Below, one piece after another: positions 44,705-46,914 of a stretch of DNA of 46,914 nt; the first letter of the stretch is position 1; each line of letters opens with the position of its first letter. This DNA comes from a virus. Taxonomy: Duplodnaviria; Caudoviricetes. The stretch covers positions 1 through 46,914 of IMG/VR virus record IMGVR_UViG_3300004213_000011; one strand, written 5' to 3'. The notes below the pieces were generated by a model. The model had not been told where the DNA came from. It did not search any database and worked only from the letters and a program-made list of their open reading frames with translations. Both the position numbers and the translations under genes were made by a program.

Positions 44705-44803
44705 TTAAAAGTTATTAGAAGCGTAAATGGCTATACCTGTATTTACTGCAAAAATAGCGGCGGTAATAGCCCAGTATTTTAATTGTTGTAGTTGTGGCTT
44801 CAT
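44705..44803 (-). CDS. 32-aa hydrophobic peptide, first gene after the promoter, absent from the ORF track
   Basis: MKPQLQQLKYWAITAAIFAVNTGIAIYASNNF. Confidence 0.55.
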   Translation of the reverse strand: MKPQLQQLKYWAITAAIFAVNTGIAIYASNNF

Positions 44804-44814
44804 ATCCTTTGTTT

Positions 44815-44861
44815 TGTTTGGTATATACAAATATACGCAAATAAAATAATAAGGTGCAAAT
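44815..44861 (-). promoter_or_regulatory. Phage promoter repeat with upstream TTTGCAC
   Basis: Core at 44815-44841; extended similarity to 9956-10020. Confidence 0.85.
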
Positions 44862-44877
44862 ATTTATGGAGTTTTTT

Positions 44878-45627
44878 TTAAGTTAATCGGGTTCCCCTCT
44901 TTTTATAACTTATAATAAATTCATCAAGCTTTTTAATCCACCTAACATCTGATATTGCGCTGTGTTCGTTTTCTTGGACTGGGTAATCGCTATCCTCTTG
45001 TATGCTGTAATCTATTGTGAAGCAAGCATTAAGTTCGTCTACGCTTTGTTTTAAGTCACGGCAATACATTGGAAAACCATTAGGTAGATCAATCATACGC
45101 CCAAATAAAGAGCAGAATAACACCCAGTCATAATCACCGTAGTAGGCGTAGAATTCAATATTTTCGTATTTATTCGGAAAAGCTTTACCTAATATGATTT
45201 GTCCGCCGTTTTTATTTAAGCTATCAGCGTACGCAAAGGCTTTAATTTCCTCTGCGATTTGCTTTTCTGTTTTGCCGTACCAAGATATTAAGGTTTTTAA
45301 GGCTGCGTAAGAAAAGGGCTGAATAAGGTGTGGATGGTGTGTTTTTGCGTGGATATTTACTTTTACATACAATTCTTCGTAAATAGGTTTTAGTACATTA
45401 TCCCGTAACCAAAATTCAGGGGCTGGAATACCTGTTTTTTCATCTGGCATACCTGGCTCACATTTATTCCAAACCTGTTTTAAGTCGAAATCTTTGCTTA
45501 TCGCATAATATTCGCGTCCATCTTCGCAAATAATAGCGATGCTAATTAAATCTATAAAGTGGCGTTTTTTGCCTAAAAATGGTTTGCGGAAGTCTTCTAT
45601 GAATTCCGTGTCTATGTAATACTTCAT
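44878..45627 (-). CDS. DEDDh 3'-5' exo(ribo)nuclease, Rv2179c-like
   Basis: YIDTEF, LISIAI..EDG, YDWV.F..LFG, H.A..D. Confidence 0.8.
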   Translation of the reverse strand: MKYYIDTEFIEDFRKPFLGKKRHFIDLISIAIICEDGREYYAISKDFDLKQVWNKCEPGMPDEKTGIPAPEFWLRDNVLKPIYEELYVKVNIHAKTHHPHLIQPFSYAALKTLISWYGKTEKQIAEEIKAFAYADSLNKNGGQIILGKAFPNKYENIEFYAYYGDYDWVLFCSLFGRMIDLPNGFPMYCRDLKQSVDELNACFTIDYSIQEDSDYPVQENEHSAISDVRWIKKLDEFIISYKKRGTRLT

Positions 45628-45956
45628 TTGTTTTCTGGTTTTTCTAGCGGGGAAAATAAAATATCTGCAAGTTGTTCAGTAAAGCCGCAACGGGAACATG
45701 CGGTAACGTTTTTCCCGAACATATTTATTGTATCCATGCGGTGGCCTAATAATTCACATTGTGCTAGGTGCTTTTCAAAGTCTTCGTAATTATCAAGTGC
45801 CCTGGCTACATAATCACGTTCGCTGGTTATTTTCTTTAATCCCTCTTGTTTAGCAAGGGGTAAATAAATATCGTTGTACTGTTGGATAGCAAGCTGTATG
45901 TATAAACGCTTACGATTGCTTAACTCTTCTTTTGGAGGTGTTCCGTTGCTTTGCAT
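45624..45956 (-). CDS. Hypothetical protein with C..GH...CxxC zinc site
   Basis: CELLGH...CSRCG. Confidence 0.6.
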   Translation of the reverse strand: MQSNGTPPKEELSNRKRLYIQLAIQQYNDIYLPLAKQEGLKKITSERDYVARALDNYEDFEKHLAQCELLGHRMDTINMFGKNVTACSRCGFTEQLADILFSPLEKPENK

Positions 45957-45959
45957 GAA

Positions 45960-46391
45960 TCATTTTTCTATATTTTCTAATGATTTTATAACGCCAGTAA
46001 TAGTTGTAGTTATATAGTGAAACATCTTATACATCAATTCTGGCTCCTGATAATCATCAGTCAATACTATAACCGGTTTATTTGAACCAGCAAACCAGCC
46101 AGCTTCTGAGTGAGCAGAACGCCCGGAAGGTAAAACCAAAACACAAACATCAGCCCAAACCATAGCATTAAAATCAGAAGCAAACCCGTCCTTAGCAGCT
46201 TTATGTTCAAGAGCTTTTATAAAATCGTTAGCAGTCCATTTTAACCAGTTAGTGTCGATTTCTGACCATGCAAACCCCGTTCTATTGGGTGGATTTTTAA
46301 AATCATAAACCTCATGCCCTACAGCCCGTAAGGCTTGCACTACTTCTGGCTGAGTATTATTGCGCCAACTACTTGCTACATAAATTTTCAT
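45960..46391 (-). CDS. Nucleoside 2-deoxyribosyltransferase-like protein
   Basis: KIYVASSW, D.....WAD..V, G.SAH.E.G motifs of the NDT/RCL fold. Confidence 0.7.
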   Translation of the reverse strand: MKIYVASSWRNNTQPEVVQALRAVGHEVYDFKNPPNRTGFAWSEIDTNWLKWTANDFIKALEHKAAKDGFASDFNAMVWADVCVLVLPSGRSAHSEAGWFAGSNKPVIVLTDDYQEPELMYKMFHYITTTITGVIKSLENIEK

Positions 46392-46395
46392 AGTT

Positions 46396-46749
46396 TTATA
46401 GATTTAATGTTTCGGTTTCACCTTTTAGGTAGGAAAACAAATTATCAACTTTTGCCCCTTTTGTATAAACATAACATTCTAAGGCACTAAAAGAACGTTC
46501 TGTAGGTAGCTGAAATCCGTAAATAGGCTCCTTAAATTCACAAAGACGTTCCGAGTAAGGCTCTCCGCATTTACGCACCAGCTTCTGGGCTATCAACCCG
46601 TACATATACCCGGTTAATATACCGTACAAAGTATCTTCTATTAAGGCTTCCTTGCTAAGTTTAGCAAGTGCTTTTTTAGGTGCAAACTGTTTTAACTTTT
46701 CAGCTTCTTTTTTAGCTTTGTCTTTAAGCTCCTGGGTTAGTTCTATCAT
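46396..46749 (-). CDS. Hypothetical protein
   Basis: 117 aa; YG..TG and FSALE.Y motifs. Confidence 0.6.
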   Translation of the reverse strand: MIELTQELKDKAKKEAEKLKQFAPKKALAKLSKEALIEDTLYGILTGYMYGLIAQKLVRKCGEPYSERLCEFKEPIYGFQLPTERSFSALECYVYTKGAKVDNLFSYLKGETETLNL

Positions 46750-46765
46750 TATAGAGTTTTATTTG

Positions 46766-46853
46766 CGGCAAGGCCGGGACTCGAACCCGAATATTTAGAG
46801 TGGTAGTTTAATTCCCAGTAGCCCTTTGCGTCTGCCAGTTCCGCCACCTTGCC
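46766..46853 (-). tRNA. Atypical tRNA (Leu-type D arm, possible UAA anticodon, non-canonical anticodon arm)
   Basis: GGCAAGG/CCTTGCC acceptor stem, TGGCGGAACTGGCAGACGC D arm, GGGTTCGAGTCCC T arm; no encoded CCA. Confidence 0.75.
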
Positions 46854-46914
46854 TGTTTAAGGCACTAACGCGGCCTTAATTTACGTCTCATTATACCGAC
46901 TTGGGCCGGGTATT

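Noticed and set aside
1-44841. The 27-bp repeat as a CRISPR array or att sites
   Set aside because: Copies are dispersed by kilobases, always sit upstream of genes, contain the -7 promoter box, and no cas or integrase gene is present
45624-45956. Possible small terminase (ELSNRKRLYI resembles the LTxKQxxF start)
   Set aside because: No following HTH/AGYS pattern, carries a Zn site, and lies in an early-type operon; not excluded without structure prediction
1-46914. Alternative genetic code or stop-codon recoding
   Set aside because: Standard code gives full-length terminase, portal, capsid and TMP with dense gene packing

Overview
The window looks like an essentially complete ~46.9-kb genome of a tailed (siphovirus-type) phage with a Bacteroidota host. 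Every credible gene lies on the minus strand, and the promoters match the Bacteroidota -7 TAnnTTTG element. No integrase, DNA polymerase or clear small terminase is visible. In the direction of transcription (right to left) the order is: an atypical tRNA; a nucleotide/RNA-metabolism gene pair and small early genes; a ~375-nt structured non-coding transcription unit; large terminase, putative major tail protein, portal, scaffold and major capsid; head-tail and tail genes interleaved with AT-rich accessory ORFs; a -1 frameshifting tail chaperone; tape measure protein (TMP); tail tip and fibre genes (SprB-like, collagen, Fn3, SGNH); holin(s), GH19 endolysin and a 970-aa clan-A glycoside hydrolase; then early, recombination and replication genes, two DNA methyltransferases and an iteron-bearing initiator. 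Two observations stand out. (1) A promoter- and terminator-bounded ncRNA directly upstream of terL has two long G-U-containing hairpins whose loops both carry the palindrome UAGCUA (kissing-loop or oligomer potential), plus a tRNA-Ala-like minihelix. (2) Several small stand-alone ORFs copy pieces of the phage's own TMP, and more weakly its terminase and portal, at the protein level, which suggests a decoy or self-mimic system. All functional calls come from motif recognition by eye; no searches or folding programs were run.
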